A stretch of 63,307 nucleotides of DNA, counting the filler, from Basidiobolus ranarum (lineage: Eukaryota): the NCBI GenBank assembly GCA_040143965.1. It is 10 parts of 10 records of this genome, joined end to end, with 100 filler letters (N's around TTAATTAATTAA, not from the genome) between each part and the next. Parts side by side here need not be neighbours in the genome. Positions count along the whole stretch, not along the records: positions 38,091 to 44,325 come from JASJQH010008245.1; positions 44,426 to 50,655 come from JASJQH010008246.1; positions 50,756 to 56,983 come from JASJQH010008247.1; 7 more parts are not named here. One strand, written 5' to 3'. This document shows positions 40,002 to 51,369 of the stretch, in pieces (positions within the stretch are counted from its first letter, which is position 1; each line of letters opens with the position of its first letter). A program made the translations under genes and the position numbers. The notes beneath the pieces were generated by a model, which had not been told where the DNA came from, did not search any database, and worked only from the letters and a program-made list of their open reading frames with translations.

Positions 40002-40423
40002 GTGTGTTGCTCTTGGTGTTGCTCTTGGGATAATAAATACTGCTTCAACGATACATAATGCTATTTCTATCTGTGGATTAGGGTTGAAGTATTAGCTTTG
40101 CGGATGATATGTACAGAGTTTAGGGTTGAGTTACGCAATATTTTCTCTTTTGCATGTCATCAAAATATGTATCTGAATGTAAATTCAATACTAGCAGAGA
40201 GCATAATATTAACTGACTTGCGTTTTTACTCGGGTGCAATTCTTACTTTATATATATTAATCCAGGTACATTATGCACAAAAGCCTTGCGAAAGGTTATT
40301 GGTATCTGGAAATTTTAGCAAATATAAGCGTTTTTGGTCCATGCTACATCCCAAGATTCATTAAATAATATTCTTAAACTTTCAATTGCAGTAAAAATGT
40401 ACTACATCTGAAGCCTACAGGAA

Positions 40424-41555
40424 TTAACAAAAGAATGACCAGCTAGTGCAACGATTCATGAAATTACAGCACTCTCCTTCTGGACAAACGATTACTGGGT
40501 TACCCGAATCTCGACAGTTACCATTGGTAGAGATTATCGTGGTAGTTGGTGGAGGTACTGTTGTGGTGGGAGGAGGAGACTTCGTAGTGGAATTGCTGGA
40601 GGTAGAGCTACTAGTCTTGGTAGGAGTCACTGTAGAAACATTAGGTGAAGTTGTTGAGCTGGTCGTCTTGCTGGTGGTAGATTTGGTAGTCCTCTTGCTT
40701 GTAGTGGGCTTGGTAGTGATCGTCTTGCTTGTAGTGGGCTTGGTGGTGGTCGTCATGCTTTTAGTGGGCTTGGTGGTGATCGTCTTGCTTGTAGTGGGCT
40801 TGGTGGTGATCGTCTTCATTGTAGTGGATTCGGTGGGTTTATCAGTAGGACCAGTTGAATCAGCAGTTGAGCTTACAGACTCAGTGGGAGCGACGGTAGA
40901 TTCGTTTGGGTCAATGGTCGAGTTGAAAGATGCAGTGCCGTTATCAGTAGGGCTGGGAGACTCAGTTGAATCGGCAGTTGAGCTAGCGGATTCAGACGGT
41001 ACGTCAGTAGGACTGGAAGACTCTGTTGAATCAGTTGTTGAGCTTGCAGACTCAGTGGGGGTTACTGAAGATTCAGTAGAGTCGGTTGGGTCAACTGTTG
41101 AGCTTGCTGATTCAGTAGGAATGTCAGTAGGACTAGAGGTCTTAGTTGAATCAACAGTTGGGCTTGCAGACTCAGTGGGAGTCACGGTAGACTCAATAGA
41201 CCCGGTTGGGTCAACCGTTGAGCTTGCGGATTCGGAAGAAATGCCAGTAGGACTAGAGGACTCAGTTGAATCAGCTGTTGAGCTTGCTGACTCAGTGGGG
41301 GTTACTGAAGATTCAGTCGAGTCAGTTGGGTCAACCGTTGAGCTCGCTGATTCAGTAGGAATTTCAGTAGGACTAGAGGTCTCGGTTGAATCGGCAGTTG
41401 AGCTGGCGGATTCGGTCGGTAGGTCAGTAGGACTGGAGGACTCTGTTGAATCATCAGTTGAGCTTACAGACTCAGTGGGAGTCACGTTAGATTCAGTAGA
41501 GTCGGTTGGGTCAACTGTTGAGCTTGCTGATTCAGTAGGAATTTCAGTAGGACTA
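40424..41555 (-). CDS. Ser/Thr/Pro-rich mucin-like cell-surface protein with C-terminal Cys (CBM18-like) domain; N-terminus missing
   Basis: 60-bp/20-aa repeats (TESASSTVDPTDSTESSVTP / TESASSTADSTESSSPTDVP), 30-bp TTKPTTSKTI repeats, and C-terminal NGNCRDSGNPVIVCPEGECCNFMNRCTSWSFFC*; the repeat breaks mid-unit at 41555/41556. Confidence 0.8.
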
Positions 41556-43281
41556 TCCACCATCCACTTTGGAAGGCATTAACATGCCAGAAACTAACAC
41601 AAATAATGATGAAGCATTGATCATTTTACCAGATGTGTTCCTTTGTGGCAATAGGGCAAGTGAAGAGATTATAATCCCGAAGTATGTAGTAAATCAATGG
41701 TTGGCCAAGGTCAACCTAAACACCATCAAGACCATCAACATCCAAAATGGCTACCTTGCCCACTATTGAACCACCCTCCACTAGATATTTGGATAGAGTT
41801 TTTACAACAAGGGAATCACAGGCAGAACACCATAATGATTTGTATTTGACCATGAGTACAAGCTATGTAGTTGCTATACAGGTAATGACAAGTAATAATG
41901 TTGCAATATTGCAATTGATGCAGCATTTGGAAGCTACTAGGCAACAGTTAGAGATTTACTCATTAATGATACAAGACCTTCAGAATGCCGCACCTGAGGT
42001 ACAGCAACATGCTGTTCCCCTATCCATTGTCACATGGGATTTCGATCAATCCCACACCACACATATGAACATCACTGTGACAATCTAGCAGAGCAGAATA
42101 TATGTTCGACCATTAAGCCTGCAGAACAACCTGAAATTGCTTGGGCACATGAAAGTAGAAATCTCACAGGAGAACCGGCAAACCAAACAACTTTGATTGT
42201 CAGATCTGCCATCACTTGCTCTGCTGATGATTGTTTAACTTTTTGGAAACTGTGCAGAATCCTGCCCAAAATCACCTGAATTGGAGACAATTGTGGAAAA
42301 CTAAACACCAGGCATTACTCTGAAGGTTCTTAACTTATTTCATGTTGCTTATCTGGGGTCTTTGCAAGAAATGGCAATTGGGCTAGTATAGGCCTATTCA
42401 TGAAGCATATCAAAAATGTACATAATTATTAATTTGGAAAAGTGAGAAAAGCAGGTGAAGAAGTACTCAAGGAGCAGGAAGTTAGTAAACCCAAGGGAAA
42501 AGCAAAGGAGCCAGTGAGTTTAGGCTCTACTGTTGCACTTACCAAATTCTTCAAACTATTACAAAGAACTGCATTTCCAGAGTCAGATATACTTGCAAAA
42601 AAGCTTTATTTCACCAGGGAACCAGGTAAACCACTTCAAAGAGTGCTAAATTTGGAAGTTTTTCCAACACCTGGCTCCTCTCAACAATCCAAAACATTGG
42701 CAAATAAAACTCATAGCACCCCAACCTCAACTGGTACTTTTGAAAGTGTTGAAGTTAGCCCCAAAGCTAAAGGCAAGCAAAAAGCCACACAAAACTGCAA
42801 AGCGCCCTCAGTTGTGTCACACTACAAGGGTGTATGAAAATGGTAAAAGTGCCTGAGGAGTATTTTCAAAAGTATGAAGAGAAATTCACAGCACAAGTAT
42901 GCAGAAAGTGGCTTCCGAAGAAGAACATTCATCTTGACTTTCAGTCTGGTTTTCATCATGCAGCTAGCTTGAAAGAACTTAATACAGAGTGGCACAATAT
43001 AGCAGGGACAATATTGCAACATATCCACCAGATAGCTGGAAGAATGTTGATTCAGCAACATTAATACCATGGTAGGCTTTGATGGAGATGTTGATACAAA
43101 CTTGTATTGGATATGAACTAAACCTTGGGTATGAAGAACTCTATAAGAATATTCAGGAGAATATATTGAAGAAACTAGGAATTTCAAGATGACAAATTAG
43201 TATTCAAGTGATAAATTTGTAAAATATGAGTTACATTTTTTGTACATATGTTGAACTATAGTTTTCTGAGATTGTAGCCAA
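41556..43281 (+). mobile_element. Decayed family U element (unknown ORF)
   Basis: Fragments PETNTNNDEALI, MTSNNVAILQLMQ, MGFRSIPHHTYEHHCDNLAEQN, FPESDILAKKL, QVCRKWLPKKNI and LNTEWHNIAG are colinear with 47484-49110. Confidence 0.85.
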
Positions 43282-43711
43282 TCATGCACAGCTACTTTGT
43301 TACCCTACCCTCCACCATTGTATTAACATTGCTGGATCAACATTCTTCCAGCTATCTGGTGGATACCTGGCAATATTGTGCCACTCTGTATTGAGTTCTT
43401 CTTTGATATCTGCATAATCAACACCAGACTGAATGTCAAGTTTAATGTTCTTTTTCCGGAGCCACTTTCTGCATACTTGCAATGCACTTTTGACTTCAGA
43501 CTTTTATAATGCTCCTCAAGCACTTTGTCTATATCATACTTCCTTGTAATGGGAAATTACTGAGGGTGCTTTGTGGTGTTTGTGTGGCTTTTTGCTTGCC
43601 TTTAACTTTGTGGCCAATTTAAGCACTTTGAAAAGTACCAGTTCAGATTGGAGAGCCATCAGTTTTATTTGCCAATGTTTTAGCCTGTTGAGAGGTGCCA
43701 GGTGTTGGATA
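43282..43711 (-). mobile_element. Inverted partial family U copy
   Basis: QVCRKWLRKKNIKLDIQSGVDYADIKEELNTEWHNIARYPPDSW on the minus strand; interrupted by an LTR at 43712. Confidence 0.8.
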
Positions 43712-44325
43712 TGTTAAAGTATTTGGGAGCCTGTTGGAAGTGGTTTGGAGAATTAGTGGAATTTGTGGTTTTCACATATTGATTTATTGAGCAGAAAGTT
43801 GACATTTATAGTTTTGTCAAGATGTAAACAAACTAACATGTAGAATATGCTAAGGAAGGTCCCAGGAACATGAGTGCAAAGTTTGGGGCTTCTAGCACAA
43901 GTTTGAAAAATCTATATATCTGAGTACTTCTAAGTTGGAAGAAAAATTCGAAGTAAATTTTAATTGAGAATAATTGATAATATCTTAGTGAGTTATAAGA
44001 TAACTAATTACTAAGTTATATAGGACTGTATAGGTGTTTAGGCAATGCTAATTTCAACACTCTCCCTCAACTAAATAGTCATATAAACTAATCCTAATAA
44101 AGGTCTAAATTTCTCAAATTTCTGTCTAGCTAATGGTTTGGTTAATATATCAGCAATCATATCTTCTGTAGAACAATAAGTTAAGTCAATAAACTTATTC
44201 TCTATAGTCTCTCAAATGAAGTGATGCTTAATATCTATGTGTTTGCTTCTATTATGAAACGTGGGATTTTTAGCTAATTTGATACAACTTTGATTATCTT
44301 GAAATATTGTAGTTGGTGAATTTTG
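43712..44325 (-). mobile_element. 3' end of a Copia element: RNase H end, PPT and 3' LTR family A (43712-44059)
   Basis: Minus strand reads IFQDNQSCIKLAKNPTFHNRSKHIDIKHHFI...DMIADILTKPL, then the purine tract GAGGGAGAG immediately before TGTTGAAATTAGC. Confidence 0.9.
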
Positions 44326-44425
44326 NNNNNNNNNNNNNNNNNNNNNNNNNNNNNNNNNNNNNNNNNNNNTTAATTAATTAANNNNNNNNNNNNNNNNNNN
44401 NNNNNNNNNNNNNNNNNNNNNNNNN

Positions 44426-45997
44426 AGCTTGGTAGAATAGTTCCCATCTCCTGATTAATGCTTCAACTTTAGTTCCATCAAAGAAGAGAGTTCCTGGGGA
44501 TCTGCATAATGGTAGTATTGGGGTTGACATGTTGAATGAGTTGTAGTAGTAGTCCTTCTTGTTGTAAGTCTTCAGAGAGATTCAGTTGAACCCCCCCTGT
44601 TGGGTGCTAAATGTAGTTGTTTTTGGGTGTAAGCAGCATCTATAACTGCAATATCCTGAGCATCTTGTGAGGTGTCCAAAGGGTGTGATAACCATGGTTG
44701 AATAACTCTGGGATGTACTGTAATATGGGTCTGTCTCTTGCCTCTTGGGTCTTTGTGAAAAGGAATCAAGCCTCTAGAAATGCCTAAGGACTGATAAATC
44801 ACAATGTAATGTCCTGCTTTCTGTTGAATAATATGCTGGTGCTGGACAAAAGAATATACTGGCTTCAAAGTCCTTTGAGAATGATCAGATAAAAAGGGTA
44901 TATCTAATCAAAAACCACTGTAAACTCAGCCAGCAGGGTCTTGAACAAGGATGCACTAGTAGTGATTTATCTAAGAATATAAAAAGTTCCTTTCCCATGC
45001 AGATAAAGCTAGGGAAACAAATATAAAGTATCAGAAATATAACATCTGCCTCTCAGTACTTCCTTTGAGCTGGTCAAGTCCTTTCTAGTCACCAGTAGCC
45101 TGTAACTGCCTCTAGTAGTCTCTCTTGGGCTTCCTTTTCAAAGGTCTTGTAAGCAGAGATGAAAATAAGAGGCAATCACAAGTAGTAATTATTAGTTGAA
45201 AATCAGGATGATTTTTATTTGAAAAGATATGGCTCTTATTGATACTTTTATGATGGTAGATATGATTACTAATGAGAATTTCTGGAAAGTTCTGGATAAT
45301 TCTATTGGTGGGGATCTGGGGTTATGATATCATCATAAATCATAAGATTAGATTCCATGGAATATTCCAGAAGGTTATAGAATGATCCAGAAAGTCATGG
45401 AATATTCCAGCAAAATCAAGTTTTGATTGGTCAAGACTCAATCAATCATCAAATATTCCAAGAATCTTGCGGAATGTTCCGGAAGATTGTAGAATTTTCC
45501 AGAAAATATTAGGGCTGATGTGGGTTAATACTGATAAATCTGGAATAATGGGGGATAATAGTAATGGTGTGATATGATTGGCTAGAAAATATGGGTAAGT
45601 CAAATATGGATAATAAAACAGAAATTGTGCAATAGTAATGATATGAGCTTGGAGTGGCAATAAGTCAACCTGCCAATTGGTAGCAATGCTGCCCCACTAC
45701 ACCAACAAAATCAAGTTTAGATTAGTCAAAACTCAATTCAATCATCAAGTATTCCAAGAATCTTGTGGAATATTCTGGAAGATTATAGAAGTTTGCAGAA
45801 AATAATAGGGCTAATGTGGGGTAATACTGATAAATCTGAAATAATAGGGGATAATACCAATGCTGTGATATGATTAGCTAGAAAATATGGGCAAGTCAAA
45901 TATAGATAATTAAATACAAAATGTGCAATAGTGATGATATGATCTTGGAGTGGAAATAAGTCAATCTGCCAGTGGGTAGCTAGGCTGCCTCACTACA
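44426..45997 (-). mobile_element. Probable Ty3/Gypsy-type remnant: LTR with a tandemly duplicated ~295-bp 5' part, plus gag/protease-like decay
   Basis: Minus-strand TGTAGTG starts at 45701 and 45997; direct duplication 45411-45705 / 45706-46000; possible LTR end GTTACA at ~45101; GTKVEALI protease-like fragment near 44460. Confidence 0.5.
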
Positions 45998-46411
45998 ATG
46001 CCAAGGCTACAACAATAATACTGCATATCTTGATCAATCTCTCCAAGAAGTCTGTCTTGCAGCTTTCCTAGAAATATCATCTGATTATCACACAAACAAA
46101 AGTAGTCCAAGTTATATAGGTATCTACTCTATGTCCATGGATTGGGTTTTGTTGCTGTTAATATGCTCAAACAATGCAAAAACACATGAGCACATTGAAA
46201 AGAGGCCTTTGTTGGAAGGTTAAAGTAGTCTGGAGACTCCTTAACCCGTTGCATTACATCAATGATTATTATGGCCAATACATTGCTAATCAAATTGACA
46301 TACAGTAATACTGAATATTTCACATGGAGCATCATTTCACTGCAGGTGTGCTCCATGCAGAACTCCCAAAATGCATATCAAGGGCCTATAATCTCTAAGT
46401 AATGTGAAAGA

Positions 46412-46693
46412 TGTTGAAAGTCTGGTGACTTGTGGTATAAGCAGTAATTCCTAAAGAGGAAAATATTGAGTATGGTGACTGCATCTAAACACAAAGTCTA
46501 AGGCCAATCAGTTACTTGTAAAGCTTAAATGCCAAAGTACCATACATTGACAGATTAGGTTAAGGTTTGCTAGCAATATGGGCATAGCATACAAGGACTG
46601 GTAGCTCAGTGGTTGGAGCACCTTGCTAGAGTGAAGGAGGTCCCCAGTTCAAATCCTGGCCAGACCAATAATTCTCCCTAAGTAATTTCAACA
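46412..46693. mobile_element. 282-bp solo-LTR-like insertion carrying a tRNA-like cassette, TSD AAAGA
   Basis: TGTTGAAA...TTTCAACA; AAAGA at 46407-46411 and 46694-46698; the empty site is visible in the paralogue at ~54187-54200 (GTGAAAGATGCCGC). Confidence 0.92.
46595..46667 (+). tRNA. tRNA-like (pseudo-tRNA/SINE-head) sequence, nominal anticodon AGA, inside the mobile unit
   Basis: 73-nt cloverleaf spacing: GGACTGG/CCAGACC acceptor, A-box TAGCTCAGTGG, CCTTG-CTAGAGT-GAAGG arm, 5-nt variable loop, B-box GTTCAAATCC; several stem mismatches. Confidence 0.7.
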
Positions 46694-47231
46694 AAAGATG
46701 CAGCAGGGAATGTATTGAATACCAACAGAGATTCAGTCTATCTTCTTTAAACCGGTAATAAAGTTTTCAGATTCAATTACAAAATCTTTGCATAGCTGCT
46801 GTATCTGCTGAGATCAGCCAATGTGAGTTGATGCTTTAAAAATATATTAACAATATCCACAAATAACTCCCAATGTTGCCAATACATATCAGGCAGAAAT
46901 ATTTTACAGATTCCACTTGAATGTATACAAAGCCAATACTTCCAGTCTTTGCATTTGAATAAATGCCTAGTTCAGTGGATGTTGATTGGAGTCCTGGTAA
47001 AATATGATGGTATCTTGACCTTTTCAAGCATATTCCCAATCAAATCAAACTTTGATCCTATCTCAAATGGCCCATTCATATTGAATTCTTCACTATATAG
47101 CAGAGTAAGAGGTATTGAAATGTTGTTGAGTAGTAAGTGCATAGTGCCTGATGCAAAGCTCTGGTTCCAGCTGATCCCCTTTAGCAATAATATCTTAGGC
47201 TTATGACTCATACCAACTTTGATGTTAGACT

Positions 47232-49130
47232 TACCCTAACAGAAATTTGAGCATTATTATTGTATGAAAAGCATCAGAATTTTAATCCATTTGGGTTGAT
47301 CATTAATTACCATCATATAATCATCAAGTTAGGTTTGATTTTGATAAATTTTTTCAGTTTCAGGAGTGAAATTTTGAGATCTCACAAAATAGTTGTGCAT
47401 GATGGGCTACATTCTCAGAGAACTATGGAAGAACACTTGTGCAAACAACATAACTCAAATTTTACACAATTATCACTAGAACACTAATTTCTCACCTTTG
47501 AAATCCATAGTTTGTTTGATATATTCTCCTCAATATTTTTATGGAATTCTGCACACCCTAGGTTTAACTCATATCCAACAAAAGTTTTTATCAATATCTT
47601 CATCAAAGCCCACCATTGTATTAATGTTGCTGAATCAAAATTGTTACAGCTATCTGGCAGATACCCTGTGATATTGTACCACTCTGTATTAGGTACTTGC
47701 CAGGTATCTGCACCATCAACACCAGACTGAATGTCAAGTTGAATGTTCTTCTTCTGAAGCCACTTTGTGCATACTTGCACTGCATTTTTCCCTTTAAACT
47801 TTTGAAAATACTTGTCAACCACTTTTATTATTTTCATACATCCTTGTAGTGTGACACTACAGAGGGTGCTCAGATGTCTTTGTATGGCTTTTAGCTTGCC
47901 TTTAGGTTTGGGTCTAATTTCAATAATTTGAAAAGCACCAATAGAGGTTGGAAAGCCATGAGTTTTATTTTCTGGTGTATTGGCTTGTTGAGAGGTGCCA
48001 GGTGTTGGATAAACTTCCAAATTAAGCAGTCTACCAATTGGTGTACCTAGTTTGATGGTCAAATTAAGCTTTTTAGCCTGTATATCTAACTCTGGAAATG
48101 CAGATCTCTGTATGGTTTGAAGAATTTAGTAAGTGGGACAGTAGAGCCCATACTCACTGCCTTCTTTGCTTTTCACTGGGGTTTACCAACTTCTTGCTCC
48201 ATGAGTACTTTTCTAGGTGCTTTTCTTTCTTTCCCAAGTTGATATTATGTACATTCCTGAGATTTTTTAGCAATAGGCCTATACTAGCCCAATTTTCATT
48301 TGCTTGAAAAAACCTATGATAAGCCACATGAAGTAAGTCAAGGACCTTCAGAGCAGTGCCTGTTTTCTGGTTTTTTGACAACTGGCTCAAATTGTGGAGA
48401 TTTTGGGCAAGTATGTGCACAGTTTCCAAAATGTTAAACCTTTCATCTTCACAGCAAGTGACAGCAGCTCCGACATTCAGAGTCTTTTGGTTTGCCAGTT
48501 TTCCTGTGAGATTCCTACTTTCATGTGCCCAAGTAATTTTGGGTTGTTGCATAGGCTGAATTGTCCAACATGTATTCTGATCTGCTAGATTGTCATGGTG
48601 ACACCCATATGTAAGGCATGGGATTGATTGAAATCCCATACGAGAATGGATGGAGGGATCAGCTTGTTGCTCTAGCTCAAGTACAGCATTCTGAAGGTCA
48701 TGTATCATTGTTGAGTGACTCTCTAACTGTTGACTTGTTTCTTCAGATTGCTACATTAATTGCAATATTGCAGCATTTTTGCTTGCCATGGCCTGTATAG
48801 CAACTTTGTAGTTTTTACTTATGATAGCATACAAATCATTATGGTTTTCTGCATGCAATTCCCTTGTTGTATTACTTCTAACCAAATTTTCTATGGAGGG
48901 TTGTTCAATAGTTGGCAAAATAGCTATTTTGGCAGTTGATGGTCTTGATGGCATTTCTGTTGAACTTTGCTCTACTATTGATTCACTACATAATTGGGGG
49001 ATTACAATCTCTTCACTTGCACTATTGCTGGAAAGGAACATATCTGTTAAATTAATTAATACCTCATCATTACTTGAGTTAGTTTCCAGATGACTCATGT
49101 GTGATACCATCTCAACTCTGAGGTTTTTGT
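47232..49130 (-). mobile_element. Family U element, most complete copy of the unknown ~540-codon ORF (49110-47484)
   Basis: ORF pieces 48751-49110, 48154-48708 and 47484-48062; the terminus TACCCTAACAGAAATT at 47232 interrupts the transposase remnant. Confidence 0.85.
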
Positions 49131-49135
49131 AGGCA

Positions 49136-50655
49136 CACCCTAACAGAAATTTGAGGATTGTTAATGTAGGAAAACCACCCCAACTTTAATCTATTTGGGA
49201 TTGACCATTTACTTACTGTCATAAAATTGACAAGTTAGATTTAATTTTAATCAATTTTTTTAGTTTCAGGAGTGAAATTTCAAGATCTCACAAAAACTTG
49301 CCCATGATTGGCTACAATCTCAGAGAACTATGGATCAACACATGTGCAAAAAATGTAACGCAAATTTTACATAATTACCACTTCAATGCTAATTTGTCAC
49401 CTTTGAAATCTCTAGTCTCTTTGATATATTCTCCTGAATATTATTATAGAGTTCACCATATTCAAAGTTTAGCTCATACCCAACACAAGTTTGTATCAAT
49501 ATCTCCATCAAAGCCCACCATTGTAATAACATTACTGAATCAACATTGTTCCAGCTATCTGGTGGATACCCTGCAATCTTGTGCCACTCTGTATTAAGTT
49601 CTTCCCAGATATATGCATGGTCAACACCAGACTGAATGTCAAGTTGAATGTTCTTCTTCTGAAGCCAATTTTTGCATACTTGCATTCCATTCTCCATGCA
49701 TACTTTTGAAAATACTCCTCTAGCACTTGGACTATTTTTGAATGTCTTTGTAATGTGATACTACTGAGGGTGCTTTGCAGTGTTTGGGTGGCTTTTTGCT
49801 TGCCTTTAACTTTGGGGCTAATTTCAACAATTTGAAAAGCACCAGTAGAGGTTGGAAAGCCATGAATTTCATTTGCTGGTATTTTAGCTTGTTGAGAGGT
49901 TCCAGGTGTTGGATAAACTTCCAAATTTAGCGCTCCTCCAACTGGTGTACCCAGTTCCATGGTGAAATTAAGCTTTTTTGCCAGTATATCTGACTCTGGA
50001 ATTGCAGATCTTTGTAATGGTGTGAAGAATCTGATAAGTAGGACAGTAGAGCCTAAACTCACTGGCTCCTTTGCTTTTCCCTTGTGTTTACTAACTTCCT
50101 GGTCCTTGAGAACTTCTTTAGCTGCTTTTCTTACTTTTCCAAGTTAATAATTGTGTACACTTTTAAGATGTTTCATGAATAGGCCTATAATATCCCATTT
50201 GCCATTTGCTTGCAAAAGCCCAGGATAAGCCACATGAAAGAAGTCAAGAACCTTCAGAGTATCACCTGGGTTTTGGTTTTTTCACTATTGGCTCAAATCC
50301 AGGTGATTTCAGGCAAGATTCCGCACAGTTTCCAAAATGTTAAACCACTCATCATCAGAGCAAGTGACAACAGCTCTGACATTAAGAGTCTTTTGGTTTG
50401 CCGGTTTTCCTGTGAGATTTCTACTTTCATGTGCCCAAGCAATTTTGGGTCCTTGTGTAAGCTTAATGGTTCAGCACATATTCTGCTCTGCTAGATTGTC
50501 ACGGTGATGTTCATATGTATGGTGTGGGATTGATTGAAATCCCATACAAGAATGGATGGAGGGATCAGCTTGTTGCTCTAGCTCAAGTACAGCATTCTGA
50601 AGGTCTTATATCATTGTTGGGTGACTTCCTAACTGCTGACTAGTTGCCTCCAAAC
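49136..50655 (-). mobile_element. Family U element, second copy abutting the 5' side of the first
   Basis: Terminus CACCCTAACAGAAATT at 49136; ORF pieces 49389-49697 and 49532-50062; cut by the contig end. Confidence 0.85.
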
Positions 50656-51369
50656 NNNNNNNNNNNNNNNNNNNNNNNNNNNNNNNNNNNNNNNNNNNNT
50701 TAATTAATTAANNNNNNNNNNNNNNNNNNNNNNNNNNNNNNNNNNNNNNNNNNNNTGGTTACTGTAGAAAGCAACCTGCTGTGCAAAGCCTAGTGAATAT
50801 CAACCATGATAAAGGCACAAGATGAACTTTAGTTTTTCCTTCTGAGGCCAATGATTGTGCTCTACCTCAATGTTTTGGTAACACTGCTGAAAGTCAAGAT
50901 ACTGTGGAGTTACTACAGCTCTATGACCCAACTGATGTGGGCAGAAATTCCACTTTGGTTGAAACAGTGAGGTGTGGGACAGAAGTGTTAGCTCAAATAT
51001 TCGGTAATAAAGCTTTATCCCACTACAATAGAAACCTTTATTATCCTACTATGACACAGGGTAGAATATCAAGCTAAAAAAAGGATAAAGAATACGGTGT
51101 GATCTTGGATGGTGCCAAGGCCAGAAGCTTTTTTGCTAGCCAAAAGGGTTGCTTATAAAAAGAAATAGCTGAGATTACATGCTCTGAATTGATGCATGAG
51201 TATAAATTCTATGATTAGGTGGCTTAGCTTTGAAGTGCCAATAAGATCACTACTATGCAATAGTGGCTTTGAAGCTTCAAACACATTGGCATCAAATACT
51301 GTTGCAGCTCTGAGCAAAATGTGAAGAGAATTCATTGGTTGGTTACAAATGTTAGCACTACTTGTGTGA

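Larger units (their letters stand above)
45998..47231 (-). mobile_element. Decayed CACTA/En-Spm transposase C-terminal remnant, interrupted by the tRNA-LTR
   Basis: Colinear with 53970-55015 (MHLLLNNISI, DLIGNMLEKVKIPSYFTRTPINI). Confidence 0.75.

Noticed and set aside
40446-41582. 378-aa Val/Leu/Gly-rich ORF on the + strand
   Set aside because: It is the antisense shadow of the Ser/Thr repeat gene; the minus frame has the Cys domain and typical mucin composition.
46595-46667. Functional host tRNA-Ser(AGA) gene
   Set aside because: It lacks the long variable arm, has stem mismatches and no clear oligo-T terminator, and lies inside a TSD-flanked mobile unit.
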